Assembly (NCBI GenBank): GCA_963665815.1
Contig: OY762463.1
Location: 2,720,001 to 2,784,000 of the forward strand
DNA length: 64,000 nt
Reading direction: 5' to 3'
Source: Candidatus Cloacimonadales bacterium
GTDB taxonomy: Bacteria > Cloacimonadota > Cloacimonadia > Cloacimonadales > JAIOQZ01
Under the pieces are notes generated by a model, which was given only the letters and a program-made list of their open reading frames with translations, was not told where the DNA came from and did no database searches. Both the position numbers and the translations under genes were made by a program. This document shows, in pieces, positions 9,158-19,695 of this stretch. Each line of letters opens with the position of its first letter. Position 1 is the first letter of the stretch.

Positions 9158-12100
9158 ATGAAACTAAAAAACATTCGTATCAGCATCAAGCTTCTTGTTG
9201 TCAGTCTCGTGCTGGTCGTCGCATCATTATTGATCTTAGGTTTTGTTAACCTGAAGCTTACCAGGGATAGCGTTTACGATCTTGTTGAATCCTCGTTGAA
9301 CGAACAGACGCAAACGGCAATGACATTGGCCAAGCATGGTCTGAATGCTGCATCAGTATCACTTGAAAAGAGTATTGACATGCTTAACAAGCTTGTGAAT
9401 GCACAAGGTGGATTTCAGATTAACACGAAAGCTGAAGTAAATGTGCGAGCTGTTAACCAGGTTACCAGAAAAGCATCTGATATTTCAATCCCAAGGATGC
9501 AGATTAACAAGCAACAGGTGTATAGAAATTACGATATAGTTGATGAAGTAAGAACGCTGAACAATGTCAGTGCAACAATTTTCCAGATTATTCCGGACGG
9601 TATGCTTCGCATATCAACCAATGTGGTTAAGGATAATCAGGAAAGGGCTGTAGACACATATATACCGACAGATTCACCAGTGTACAAAACCATAATGGAA
9701 GGAAAAACATATTCCGGTATTGCTACGATACTTGGAAAACCATACTTCACAATATACAGTCCTGTTAAAGATAATCAGAATCGAATTATCGGTGCATTAT
9801 ATGCAGGTAATCCTGTAAATTCTGCAATGATTGCAACAATTGAAATGGTTAATTCAGCCAAAGTAGGAAAAACAGGTTACATGTACATCATGGATAGTGA
9901 TGGAGTTCTATTACAGCATCCAACAAGTATTGGAAAGAGCATCCTTTCACATGATTTCACAAAGGAAATGGTGGAAAAGAAAAACGGAGTTATCGTTTAC
10001 GAATGGGAGGGACGTGACAAGATTACCTCATATAAGTATAACGAAGATCTCGACTGGATTATAGCTTCAGGTTCATACTTCGAAGATTACACCAGCATTC
10101 TTGGTAAAATTGGTGGAGCGATCATTATTGCGATCATTATTGCTTCTATTGTTGCATTAATTATGATGATGCTCTTGAGTCGACACATTAATACCGGTGT
10201 ACTGGACATCGTATCTCAAGTTTCTACACTCACTGAAAGTGTACAACTTGGTAAACTGGACCTTCGAGGTGAACCGGAAGAGACTTTTATAGATTTCCGG
10301 TCTATCATTTCAGGAATTAATGGTGTTATTGATGTGTTTGTAGAACCTATAAATCTTACTGCAGAGTATGTTGATAGAATCAGTAAGGGCGATCTTCCTC
10401 CAAAGATTACCGATACATATCATGGAGATTTTAATGAGATTAAAAATAATTTAAATCAGTGTATAGATGTTATCTCTGAATTGTTGAAAGAGACAGAGAG
10501 AATGATTGATTCTGCAAAACAAGGTCAGCTTGATCAACGTGGTGATGCAGATGCATATCAACATGGCTGGAAGGACCTGGTACGTGGTATTAACGAACTG
10601 GTTGATACTTTTGTTGCACCTATTAATCTTACTGCAGAGTATGTGGATCGTATCAGTAAGGGTGATCTACCTCCTAAAATTACTGAAACCTATTATGGTG
10701 ATTTCAATGAAATAAAAAACAATTTGAATCAGTGTATAGACGTGCTTAATAGTTTTGTGACTGATATGAAATATATGAGTGATCAACAGGATGAAGGGGA
10801 TATTGACGTATTTATGCCTGCTGAAAACTATTTCGGGGCATACAATGTGATGGCGCAAGGATCAAACGAAATGGTGAAATCCCACATTAATGCTGTTCTT
10901 GATATGATCCGTATCATTGGGGCCTTTGGAAATGGTGAATTCGATGTTCAAATGGACCAATACCCGGGTAAAAAACAGATTATAAATAACAGTGTAGAAG
11001 CAGTGCGTGCAAACCTGAAAAGCGTTAATGCTCAAGTACAGGAACTTATTGATGCAGTCAGGGAAGGAAAACTGGATATCCGTGGTGATGCAGAAAAATA
11101 TAAAGGTGACTGGAACAGGATGTTCTCAGGTTTAAATGAATTAGTAGACTCATTCGTAGCTCCTATCAATTTTACCGCAGAATATGTTGATCGCATCAGT
11201 AAAGGTAATCTACCGCCAAAGATTACTGATGTTTATTATGGTGACTTCAATGAAATTAAACATAACTTTAATCAGTTGATTGACGTATTAAATGATTTTA
11301 TCACTGACATGAAAAATATGAGTGATGAGCATGATGCTGGAGATATTGATATTGTTATGCCGGCCTCCAAGTATGACGGTGCATATCGACAAATGGCTCA
11401 GGGTGTAAATAATATGGTTGATGGTCACATAAGTATTATCAAGAAGGCAATGGCTTGTGTCAAAGCTTTTGGTGAAGGTAATTTTGATGCTTCAATCGAG
11501 CAATTTCCGGGTAAGAAAGCATTCATCAACGATATTATCGAAGCTGTTCGTTCAAACCTGAAGGGTATCAGTGAACAAGTTCAGGATCAGATAGATGCTG
11601 CTAAACAAGGTGACCTGAAAGACAGGGCTGATGTAGACGAATTCAGTGGTGGCTGGAAGGATATGGTGGCAGGCATCAACGATCTTCTCGACGCGATTGT
11701 CACACCAATAAATGAAGTAATGCATGTTATGGCGAGATTAGCCGACAAGGAATTAAGTGTACGAGTTTCCGGTAATTACAAAGGTGACCTGAACGAGTTT
11801 AAGCAGAATGTAAACAATGCAGCAGACAATCTGGATGATGCACTCAGTCAGGTTGATGCCGCAGTAGATCAGATTGGCAGTGCTGCTGAACAAATAGGTA
11901 GTGGTGGTCAGAGTCTGGCAGAGGGCACATCCGAGATGGCTAGTAGTCTTGAGGAGATTGCCAGCAGTCTGGAAGAGGTGAACAGTTTGACAGTTAATAA
12001 TGCAGATAATGCGAAAGCTGGTTTAAACTTGAGCAATCAGGTATTGATTAACGTTTCTAAAGGAAACGATGCCATGGGTTCAATGACAGAAGCAATGAAC

Positions 12101-12739
12101 AGTATCAGCAAGTCAGCTGAGGAAACAGGCAAAATTATCAAGACTATTGATGAGATAGCTTTCCAAACCAACCTGCTCGCACTGAATGCAGCAGTTGAGG
12201 CTGCTCACGCCGGTGAAGCAGGCAAAGGATTTGCTGTTGTGGCTGAAGAGGTGAAGAATCTTGCATTACGCAGTGCTGAGGCTGCTAAGAATACAAGTGA
12301 ACTCATTGCCGGCTCATTGAAGAACAGCGAGGTTGGAAGCAAGATTGTGCAACAGGTGACTGAATCATTCGATGAAATTCGCACAAGCTTTGAAAAGGTA
12401 AACAGTATAGTAAATGAAATCAGTGCATCGAGTGATGAGCAAGCCCAGGGTATAGGTCAAGTAAATACAGCAATTAACGAATTGAACAAGCTCACTCAAC
12501 GCAATGCAGCTAATGCTGAGGAATCAGCGAGTGCTGCAGAGGAACTGAATAGTCAGAGTGCTGAATTGGGCAATATGGTAGCCAAATTTACTCTGTCAAA
12601 GACAATGTCTTCAAAACGGCATAAACCGGGAAAAGATCGTCGTCAGCAAATGCAGATAACTGATAGACCGAAAGATTTATATGAAGTAGATCCCCGGGAG
12701 CAGTTACCTCTTGATGATGATGAATTTGGTGATTTCTAA
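9158..12739 (+). CDS. Methyl-accepting chemotaxis protein with Cache sensor and poly-HAMP array
   Basis: 2 TM helices around Cache domains ([10 protein letters not shown]); repeated HAMP blocks; signalling tip [33 protein letters not shown]. Confidence 0.95.
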   Translation: MKLKNIRISIKLLVVSLVLVVASLLILGFVNLKLTRDSVYDLVESSLNEQTQTAMTLAKHGLNAASVSLEKSIDMLNKLVNAQGGFQINTKAEVNVRAVNQVTRKASDISIPRMQINKQQVYRNYDIVDEVRTLNNVSATIFQIIPDGMLRISTNVVKDNQERAVDTYIPTDSPVYKTIMEGKTYSGIATILGKPYFTIYSPVKDNQNRIIGALYAGNPVNSAMIATIEMVNSAKVGKTGYMYIMDSDGVLLQHPTSIGKSILSHDFTKEMVEKKNGVIVYEWEGRDKITSYKYNEDLDWIIASGSYFEDYTSILGKIGGAIIIAIIIASIVALIMMMLLSRHINTGVLDIVSQVSTLTESVQLGKLDLRGEPEETFIDFRSIISGINGVIDVFVEPINLTAEYVDRISKGDLPPKITDTYHGDFNEIKNNLNQCIDVISELLKETERMIDSAKQGQLDQRGDADAYQHGWKDLVRGINELVDTFVAPINLTAEYVDRISKGDLPPKITETYYGDFNEIKNNLNQCIDVLNSFVTDMKYMSDQQDEGDIDVFMPAENYFGAYNVMAQGSNEMVKSHINAVLDMIRIIGAFGNGEFDVQMDQYPGKKQIINNSVEAVRANLKSVNAQVQELIDAVREGKLDIRGDAEKYKGDWNRMFSGLNELVDSFVAPINFTAEYVDRISKGNLPPKITDVYYGDFNEIKHNFNQLIDVLNDFITDMKNMSDEHDAGDIDIVMPASKYDGAYRQMAQGVNNMVDGHISIIKKAMACVKAFGEGNFDASIEQFPGKKAFINDIIEAVRSNLKGISEQVQDQIDAAKQGDLKDRADVDEFSGGWKDMVAGINDLLDAIVTPINEVMHVMARLADKELSVRVSGNYKGDLNEFKQNVNNAADNLDDALSQVDAAVDQIGSAAEQIGSGGQSLAEGTSEMASSLEEIASSLEEVNSLTVNNADNAKAGLNLSNQVLINVSKGNDAMGSMTEAMNSISKSAEETGKIIKTIDEIAFQTNLLALNAAVEAAHAGEAGKGFAVVAEEVKNLALRSAEAAKNTSELIAGSLKNSEVGSKIVQQVTESFDEIRTSFEKVNSIVNEISASSDEQAQGIGQVNTAINELNKLTQRNAANAEESASAAEELNSQSAELGNMVAKFTLSKTMSSKRHKPGKDRRQQMQITDRPKDLYEVDPREQLPLDDDEFGDF

Positions 12740-12790
12740 TCCGAAAGTCACACATCATTTGTTGCCATTGATCATAGAATAATATATAAT

Positions 12791-12823
12791 GCCCCTTCTT
12801 TTAATAAGATGGGGCTTTTTTTT
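12791..12823 (+). terminator. Intrinsic terminator after MCP
   Basis: GCCCC...GGGGC stem plus T8. Confidence 0.75.
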
Positions 12824-12999
12824 GTTGAAGTTATTAAAACAGAACATAATGTTCTATTGGGACTGTTCACACTAACAGGTAAAAACGAGTATATCCTTTT
12901 TAAAATTGCTCAATCAAATAAACTTATCGACAAAAAATATATCTGCACTTAGATCATACGATACTTATATTCTATCTATATCAGTTATTTATTACCTAC

Positions 13000-13029
13000 A
13001 AAAAAAGGACTGCTAATTAAGCAGTCCTT
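13000..13029 (-). terminator. Intrinsic terminator for 15172-13053 gene pair
   Basis: AAGGACTGCT-AATTA-AGCAGTCCTT with A run on the + strand. Confidence 0.8.
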
Positions 13030-13052
13030 ATATATTTAACAAATCTGTATTA

Positions 13053-14561
13053 TTATTTAGAAAGCTTCATTACTTTCTTAACTGTACTTGTTCTTTTGAT
13101 AACATCTTTTTGAGTGCTGCTGGAAAATACCTGTGTATTTATTGATGATGGTGTATTTGAAGGTACTTGAGAGTCAGCAACTCCCGCTGAGAATAATGAA
13201 GCCCATAATGAATTATCTGAGCTGAGTACAGAAGCATCAAAGTTAAGGTCTTCTGTATGATAGCCATCAGAAACACCAGATGAGAAAGCGTTTACCCATT
13301 GAGTATTATCTGAGGAAACAAGGTATCCGTCACCATTGATATCTCCACAATAGATCGCCCAGACTCCGGTTTCAACTTCAACTACGGCTACAGGACCGGT
13401 TGTATAAGAATTGGCAGCTGCTATAGAGAAGTCAATCATATTAGCTGTTGCAGCAGAACCTGTGAATGAGACAATAGACGCAGACATGATGTCCATGTGG
13501 TTTCTATGACGGAGTACAATATAATAGTCTCCTGGAGTTGCACTGTCAAACTTCATGTAATCTACAGTATTATCTGTTGCGTATTCTATACCGACGATAG
13601 ATCCGTCGTCTTTTATAAGCATTGATTTCTGTTGTACTGTTACTCCGTCAACAGTTGCTCTGAGCTCAACTGAAATCCAGTCAACAACATCTGCCGGCAT
13701 AGCTGCAACAGTAGCAGCATCAGCGTATGGAGATGTAAGCGGAAGGTAATTGTTAGCATTGAGGGTCAGATTCATTGATTGTGAGCTTGTATATGCACCC
13801 TGAAGGAATGCTTTTGCTTTTACATAAGAAACCGTACTTCCCTGAAGTCCTTCACCGTTAACTTTAACATATCTTGTAGCTGCTGAAGATGTTGTAAGGT
13901 TGATATATCCTGAAGATTCACCAATAGTTGATGGTCTGAATCTAACATAAACTACAGTTTCTGCAATTTCACCGGCTGATGGTGTGATATTCAGAGTATT
14001 TGAAAAAGTTGTAAAATTATCAAGAGAGAATTCGTAACCGGCTGGTGCTGATATTACAACATCACTGCTTGTAAGGTCATATCCCTTGATAACAAATGTA
14101 TGTATTTCACTTGAGCTGCCTGTTTCAACCTGGCCATACTCGCTTGAATATCCATAAGGATTAACATAAATTCTTGGAGAAGTCGTATTGAGTGGGAAGG
14201 GATTAGCAGTATTATATACCGGAGACCCTGCTCCCTGAATCTGTACTGTCATTGTTCCGGCATAAACTCCATTATAGAAGAAATCTGCATCCATAAGATC
14301 ATCTTCTTCCCATGGGGTTTCAAAGTTACCGACATTCATACCAACAATTCCATAAGTACTGTTGTAGTGTGAACCGTATGAACTTTCAGTAAGAATTTCT
14401 GCCGGTCTGTCGATCATGTAACCGCGTGCAGTAATAGTACCGTCAGCAGGATAAACTCCACTGGAAATTTCTACAACAGTTCCGATATTTTTAGGCATTC
14501 CGGCTGCATAAACTGAAACAACTGCCAATAAAACTAATAATATAAGTATGTTTCTTTTCAT
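13053..14561 (-). CDS. Secreted surface protein with Ig-like domain and C-terminal dockerin/EF-hand-like region
   Basis: Signal peptide; VYVRFRP Ig-like block; KAFLQGAY...VDWISVELR...HRNH; GDINGDG and DLNFDA calcium-loop motifs. Confidence 0.65.
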   Translation of the reverse strand: MKRNILILLVLLAVVSVYAAGMPKNIGTVVEISSGVYPADGTITARGYMIDRPAEILTESSYGSHYNSTYGIVGMNVGNFETPWEEDDLMDADFFYNGVYAGTMTVQIQGAGSPVYNTANPFPLNTTSPRIYVNPYGYSSEYGQVETGSSSEIHTFVIKGYDLTSSDVVISAPAGYEFSLDNFTTFSNTLNITPSAGEIAETVVYVRFRPSTIGESSGYINLTTSSAATRYVKVNGEGLQGSTVSYVKAKAFLQGAYTSSQSMNLTLNANNYLPLTSPYADAATVAAMPADVVDWISVELRATVDGVTVQQKSMLIKDDGSIVGIEYATDNTVDYMKFDSATPGDYYIVLRHRNHMDIMSASIVSFTGSAATANMIDFSIAAANSYTTGPVAVVEVETGVWAIYCGDINGDGYLVSSDNTQWVNAFSSGVSDGYHTEDLNFDASVLSSDNSLWASLFSAGVADSQVPSNTPSSINTQVFSSSTQKDVIKRTSTVKKVMKLSK

Positions 14562-14563
14562 GA

Positions 14564-15172
14564 TTAATCTCCTTGAACAGTTGGCCATACAGTTTCTGAT
14601 GTAACAGTAACAACATAGCCCATACCGGTTGTGACGTTCCAGACAGTTTCTGAACCTGTGTATTCAACCCAGTCCTGTGCTGTCTTATCATATTGCATAA
14701 CGCTTGAACAACCAGGGATAGCATTCATTAACTGAGCACAGTCAGTGATATCGGATTGTTCGAAAGGAAGCATTATAAGATTTTTTCCTGATTTCAATGT
14801 ATAGCTTGCATTCTGCACCGGTTTACCATAAACATAGAATGAACTTCCTGCACTCACATGACACATGTAAGCAGTAGCAGGATCTACATTCCAGTCTGGT
14901 GTCCATGGCTGAGCATCGTAGGATTTCCACATTTGAGAATCAGGATTCCAGAAAGATACGTTTTCGCAATTTGTAATGTTATTGTAAATACTGCTTATGT
15001 TTGTTCCGGCTGTAACCTGAAAAGGAGTTGTAAAAACATTATAACCGGAAGAACCATCATTTCCAAGGTCGAATTTTACAAAACCGACAACCTCGGATGG
15101 ATCTGATTCAATTGCGCATAGAAGCAGGGGTACAATAAGTGTTAAGATAATAAGAAAGTACTTTTTTTTCAT
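14564..15172 (-). CDS. Secreted hypothetical protein with two internal repeats
   Basis: Signal peptide; duplicated G.N....PF...I..C..V..(W/Y)....Q.W..Y pattern. Confidence 0.6.
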   Translation of the reverse strand: MKKKYFLIILTLIVPLLLCAIESDPSEVVGFVKFDLGNDGSSGYNVFTTPFQVTAGTNISSIYNNITNCENVSFWNPDSQMWKSYDAQPWTPDWNVDPATAYMCHVSAGSSFYVYGKPVQNASYTLKSGKNLIMLPFEQSDITDCAQLMNAIPGCSSVMQYDKTAQDWVEYTGSETVWNVTTGMGYVVTVTSETVWPTVQGD

Positions 15173-15815
15173 ACACCATTCCTTTGTCTCTTTTTAGTGT
15201 AACAACCATAGTCTATTTGGGAGATGTATGTCAATAAAAAAATCTAATTTAGAATGTTACGACAATGATAGTTTTACAGATGAAAACATTTGCAGTCAAT
15301 AGTAACAGACTTTCAGCCCATGAAATCAGTTCTTCCATTTAGTATTTATGTTACAATTTTAGATACAATATTATACAACTTCATCATACAATAATAAACA
15401 TGTTAATTTATTCCATTAAGATATACTTTTTCTCAATCTTTTATAAAATACTATATAATCAAATATTAATTACAGACAAAAAAATGATATCGGCTTATTC
15501 TTATTAGCAAAAACTTTATAACTATATATTTTTAAAATAATTATTACACTTAAATGACTGTGTTTCGATATAAACACCTTCGTTTTCATATGGAATCTTC
15601 AGTTATTGATCTGTTATCAGGATAAACTTCTATTGTCAACTAAATCCAATATTAGAATAAGCTCTAAAATCATGTCATAATAACCAATAATAAATGATAC
15701 AATTATTATTCATAAATAGCTTGTTATATAAAAAAGGTTCATAATATTGAAAAATAATATTGACATAGAAAATTTAAATAATAGTATTTGTCTGTTTTTG
15801 GATAAAGGAGTTTAA

Positions 15816-16703
15816 ATGGTCGGATATTTATCATTAGCAAAAGCTGCTGATTATCTCGGTTTTCACCCCGAGGTTTTACGGAAAAAGGCATCCCATAACG
15901 AGATTCCTGCCCGTAAAGTTGGAAAGGGAAAGAAAGCACCCTGGCGTTTTGTTAAAGATGAACTTGATGAGTGGATTTCCAATAATCGTAAAATAGAACA
16001 GACTGTTTCAGAGTTCTCTCTGCATGAAAAACATATACTCAGCAATCTTAAGCATACTGATGATATTGAAAAGCAGGAAGAAATGGTCGATACTCTCGGC
16101 GTTGTCGGTTCCGAATTCTGTATAGATGAACTTGTGAAGTTTCTTCAATCACCTTTCGATAATTTAAGATGGCTGACTGTAAGGAGTATAATTTCTATTT
16201 TAAGAGACAAGTCAAAAGAGTACTTATATGATATGCAATTTACAGATCCTTATTTGAAAGTAAGAATATGGATTGCAGGTTACTTCGCAAAACAGGGTGA
16301 TAAGATATCTATACAGAACCTGAAGGATATCTATAATCACAGCAGTGGAAAATATAAACGCTATTGCGTTTACAAACTTGTTGATGTAGAACCGAATAAT
16401 CCTCAGGCTATACAGACAATTCGCGATGGATTGAAGAGTGACCAGCCGGTCATCAGATATAACAGCGTAAGACAATTAAAGGAAATGAATTATCCTGAAC
16501 TTGAGGATGATTTAGTAATGTTCATTTCAACAGAAAAAGAAGAAAAAATTTTGTTAAAAGGAATTGAAGTTGCCGGTCAGAAGAAAATTCAGAAATCTAT
16601 ACCATTTTTGCAGAAGATTATTCAGGAAAGCACAAATGATGTAGTAAAAAGGAAATCTGCTCTGGCAATTGCAGAAATGTTTTCAACTAAACAACAAACA
16701 TAA
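15816..16703 (+). CDS. Excisionase/MerR-type HTH (HTH_17) fused to HEAT repeats
   Basis: YLSLAKAADYLG...IPARKVG...WRF...LDEW followed by HEAT-like helical repeats; AAGGAG RBS. Confidence 0.85.
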   Translation: MVGYLSLAKAADYLGFHPEVLRKKASHNEIPARKVGKGKKAPWRFVKDELDEWISNNRKIEQTVSEFSLHEKHILSNLKHTDDIEKQEEMVDTLGVVGSEFCIDELVKFLQSPFDNLRWLTVRSIISILRDKSKEYLYDMQFTDPYLKVRIWIAGYFAKQGDKISIQNLKDIYNHSSGKYKRYCVYKLVDVEPNNPQAIQTIRDGLKSDQPVIRYNSVRQLKEMNYPELEDDLVMFISTEKEEKILLKGIEVAGQKKIQKSIPFLQKIIQESTNDVVKRKSALAIAEMFSTKQQT

Positions 16704-16719
16704 AACCAATGGAGGAATA

Positions 16720-17949
16720 ATGAGAGCAAGAATGATACTTTTATCAGCTTTGTTTTTAATTTGTCTCAGCAGTATGAATGCTGCAACTATAACTTATGAA
16801 GCCGTTACAGACGGAACAGTAGCAAGTCCTAACTATACTTTACTTCCTTGGCCTGATGGCTCTAATGAAACAGTTAACTTGCCTTTTTTTGATACCAGTA
16901 TGGGAACATTAACAAAAGTTGATATTACTGTATCAAATTATCTCAGACAATCTATTTCCGTAACTAATACCGGTGCAGCTCCTGCGAATACAAGAGTAAG
17001 AGCTGGTTGTGATGCCTACTGGAATGGTGTTAGAAATCAGGGTATTGACACTCCTGATATACTCATTCAATACAATACAGGTTATCAAGATTATGCAATT
17101 GGCGAAACAAAGGAATGGAACAACGTAGAAAGTAATAATTCTCAGATATTTGCTTATACTCAAACCAGCGACTTATTGTACTTTTCAAATTCCGGTACTT
17201 TCGATATGACAATATGGACAGAAGAAAATGTTACATTAGCAGGTACAACAAGCAATATCGAAGTTGTTCTCTCTGCAAATGCATATGCTTATGCAAAAGT
17301 TGTATATACCTATGACCCAAGTCTTCCTGTAGAACTTTCTTCCTTCAGTGCAATTCAAACATCAACAAACGATGCGGAAATTATCTGGGAAACTCAATCA
17401 GAAACAGATCATATTGGGTTTAACATCCTTAAAAACGAAACTGAAAATACAGAATCTTCACAGAAAGTTAATGCTGTTATTATCCCAAGTTCAGGTACAT
17501 CAAATGGTGGAGAATATTCATTTGTTGATGATGATGTTGATGAAGAAGTGACCTATTACTACTGGCTTGAAAGTGTTTCCTTCGGTGGAAATGTAGAACT
17601 TTACGGTCCTGTTTCAGTCAGGATTGATTTTAAAGAAGATGAAGAAGAAGATGCACCTAATGAAGCATATGCAATCAATGAAATTAAATCAGTCTATCCA
17701 AATCCATTTAATCCTTTAACAACTATAGAGTACAATATAGTTGAAGACAGTCACGTTAGCATTGAAGTATATAACCTTAAAGGTCAAAGAGTAACAACCC
17801 TTGTTAACGAATACAAGGATGCAAAAACTTATAATGTTACATGGAATGGTAAAACAGATTCAGGAACAGATGTTACTTCAGGTGTATACTTTGTGAAAAT
17901 GCAAACAGAAAACCAGGTTTACACAAAGAAAGTTGTACTAATGAAATAA
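16720..17949 (+). CDS. Secreted protein (choice-of-anchor-E-like N domain) with FlgD-Ig/T9SS-type C-terminal domain
   Basis: Signal peptide; LPFFDTSMGTLTKV; LPVELSSF; YPNPFNPLTTIEY...KKVVLMK; GGAGG RBS. Confidence 0.8.
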   Translation: MRARMILLSALFLICLSSMNAATITYEAVTDGTVASPNYTLLPWPDGSNETVNLPFFDTSMGTLTKVDITVSNYLRQSISVTNTGAAPANTRVRAGCDAYWNGVRNQGIDTPDILIQYNTGYQDYAIGETKEWNNVESNNSQIFAYTQTSDLLYFSNSGTFDMTIWTEENVTLAGTTSNIEVVLSANAYAYAKVVYTYDPSLPVELSSFSAIQTSTNDAEIIWETQSETDHIGFNILKNETENTESSQKVNAVIIPSSGTSNGGEYSFVDDDVDEEVTYYYWLESVSFGGNVELYGPVSVRIDFKEDEEEDAPNEAYAINEIKSVYPNPFNPLTTIEYNIVEDSHVSIEVYNLKGQRVTTLVNEYKDAKTYNVTWNGKTDSGTDVTSGVYFVKMQTENQVYTKKVVLMK

Positions 17950-17972
17950 ATTAAGATAAACTCCTATTTCTC

Positions 17973-17996
17973 AAGGCTGTCATATGACAGCCTTTT
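17973..17996 (+). terminator. Intrinsic terminator
   Basis: AAGGCTGTCA-TA-TGACAGCCTT-TT. Confidence 0.75.
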
Positions 17997-18065
17997 CTTA
18001 TGTCAAAAATCATTGACAAAATTTCATTATAAAATTCCATAAGAAAAATTATATATGAGGACAAT

Positions 18066-19355
18066 ATGTATAAAATAATACTACTTTCTATACTTCTAAT
18101 AGGAATAATGAGCTGTGATAATCCCTCTACAGGTATAAACTCAAATGCTGATGTCTCAGATGAAATAGTTTATAAGGATCTCAAGGGTACAGTAGTTGAC
18201 TGCATTACGTATGAAATATTCAGCAATGCAAAAGTAAAAATTAAGAACGATAAGTACACTTATGAAACTGTGACTGACAGTACAGGGCTTTTCCATTTCA
18301 CTGATATTGCTGCTGGTAACTATACAGTTTTCACCGAACTTGTATGGCAGGGAGTAACTTTCAAAGACTCATTAGAGGATTTTTCAACAGATGATGCCTT
18401 TAGTAAATTTGCATTATGCAAAGTTTCAAGCAGTATTGTGGGTAATATTCTTCATGAAATGCATAGTGCAAACAATTATTCTAATGAAGTAAGTATTATT
18501 GGTACAGATATTAAAAGAGTAGTAGCTTCAAGAACTGACTTCATGATCAACGGAATTATGCCGGGGGATAGGGAGTTTCTAATCATAAATGGAAGTGCTA
18601 CATCTCCTGACTATATCTGGTCAATAAACCTTAAACCAGGTGGAATTCTACCAATTGGGATCTTCGTTCCAAGTATCTTTGATACAGTAAGATACAATTA
18701 CAATGATTATGTATCAGTCAATGAATATAATGGAGAAGATATAGTATTTATCAACGATATATATTATTATGCAATTGATAAATCTCTTTTCAGCTATAAT
18801 CCTGCAACTGAGACTAAAACAGAAATATATAATGATGATAATTGGGCAAACTTCTCTATTTGTACAGATCATGATGACAAAATTTTCATTTCCGGATCTT
18901 ACAGAGATAACTCAGCTACATTTGAAAGAAAATGCTGTGTTTATTCCATTTCAGAGAGTGCTGTGACTGAAACTATTGAATTTGATTTTATTAATTACAG
19001 TACTGAACTGAGTTATTCTATTTTACATAACTCACTGATTCAGATATACGGTGAGACAATCAGAGTTTATGATGTTTCTTCCGGAGCTGCAAATACTACC
19101 TCTTTCGACTATCCTGGTTATCATTCTGACTGCGATTTTTATGTTTGTGAAAATAATAATGTTATTCTGTGGCAAGATGGATTATTCAATATTTACAATA
19201 GTATTGATGATATGACAATTATCAAATCTTTTAAAATCATAAATCCTCATGATCCGGACAAAAGGCTAAATGGAGATGTAAAAATAGTAGAACTGGATGG
19301 TTATTTATACTTAGTAAGTCACAACTGCTTCAGAAGATTGTATTTTGATGAGTGA
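18066..19355 (+). CDS. Lipoprotein with carboxypeptidase-regulatory-like Ig domain and probable beta-propeller
   Basis: Lipobox IMSC; LKGTVVD...TDSTGLFHF...GNYTV. Confidence 0.65.
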   Translation: MYKIILLSILLIGIMSCDNPSTGINSNADVSDEIVYKDLKGTVVDCITYEIFSNAKVKIKNDKYTYETVTDSTGLFHFTDIAAGNYTVFTELVWQGVTFKDSLEDFSTDDAFSKFALCKVSSSIVGNILHEMHSANNYSNEVSIIGTDIKRVVASRTDFMINGIMPGDREFLIINGSATSPDYIWSINLKPGGILPIGIFVPSIFDTVRYNYNDYVSVNEYNGEDIVFINDIYYYAIDKSLFSYNPATETKTEIYNDDNWANFSICTDHDDKIFISGSYRDNSATFERKCCVYSISESAVTETIEFDFINYSTELSYSILHNSLIQIYGETIRVYDVSSGAANTTSFDYPGYHSDCDFYVCENNNVILWQDGLFNIYNSIDDMTIIKSFKIINPHDPDKRLNGDVKIVELDGYLYLVSHNCFRRLYFDE

Positions 19356-19365
19356 TACTATAGAA

Positions 19366-19501
19366 TTGCAAATGAATACTACACTATCCCAATCCCCTTG
19401 CAAGTAATCACAGAAACTTTGCAATGGTGGACTTGAATGGTTCTAAAAGCTGTTATAGGAGTGCATTGATTGTGTCAATGCGAAGTCGACATAGTCGATT
19501 T
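19366..19501 (+). repeat. Structured intergenic repeat, copy A (paired arms, insert, double hairpin)
   Basis: 19421-19485 matches 24103-24167 at 58/65; collinear with the reverse copy 53816-53896. Confidence 0.85.
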
Positions 19502-19567
19502 GCTCCGATATTTAAGCCAACCCTACGATTGTCTCTACGCGGTGTATGAACAGCAGAGAGTTTTCAG

Positions 19568-19595
19568 ATGTAGAGACGTTGCATGCAACGTCTAA
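19568..19595 (+). repeat. GTAG-type REP palindrome, left flank of NLR-like gene
   Basis: ATGTAGAGACGTTGCATGCAACGTCTAA, the exact reverse complement of 23942-23969. Confidence 0.88.
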
Positions 19596-19695
19596 ATATA
19601 CTCCCTGAAGGAGGTTAATTGCATTTAAGCGAGCTCAAGTCTTTCCAAACTTCGTTTGTAACAACTCAAGTTCACGCATAGATTTTTCACCATGA

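Noticed and set aside
15816-16000. Excisionase marking a prophage or ICE
   Set aside because: No integrase, phage or conjugation genes nearby, and the domain is fused to HEAT repeats
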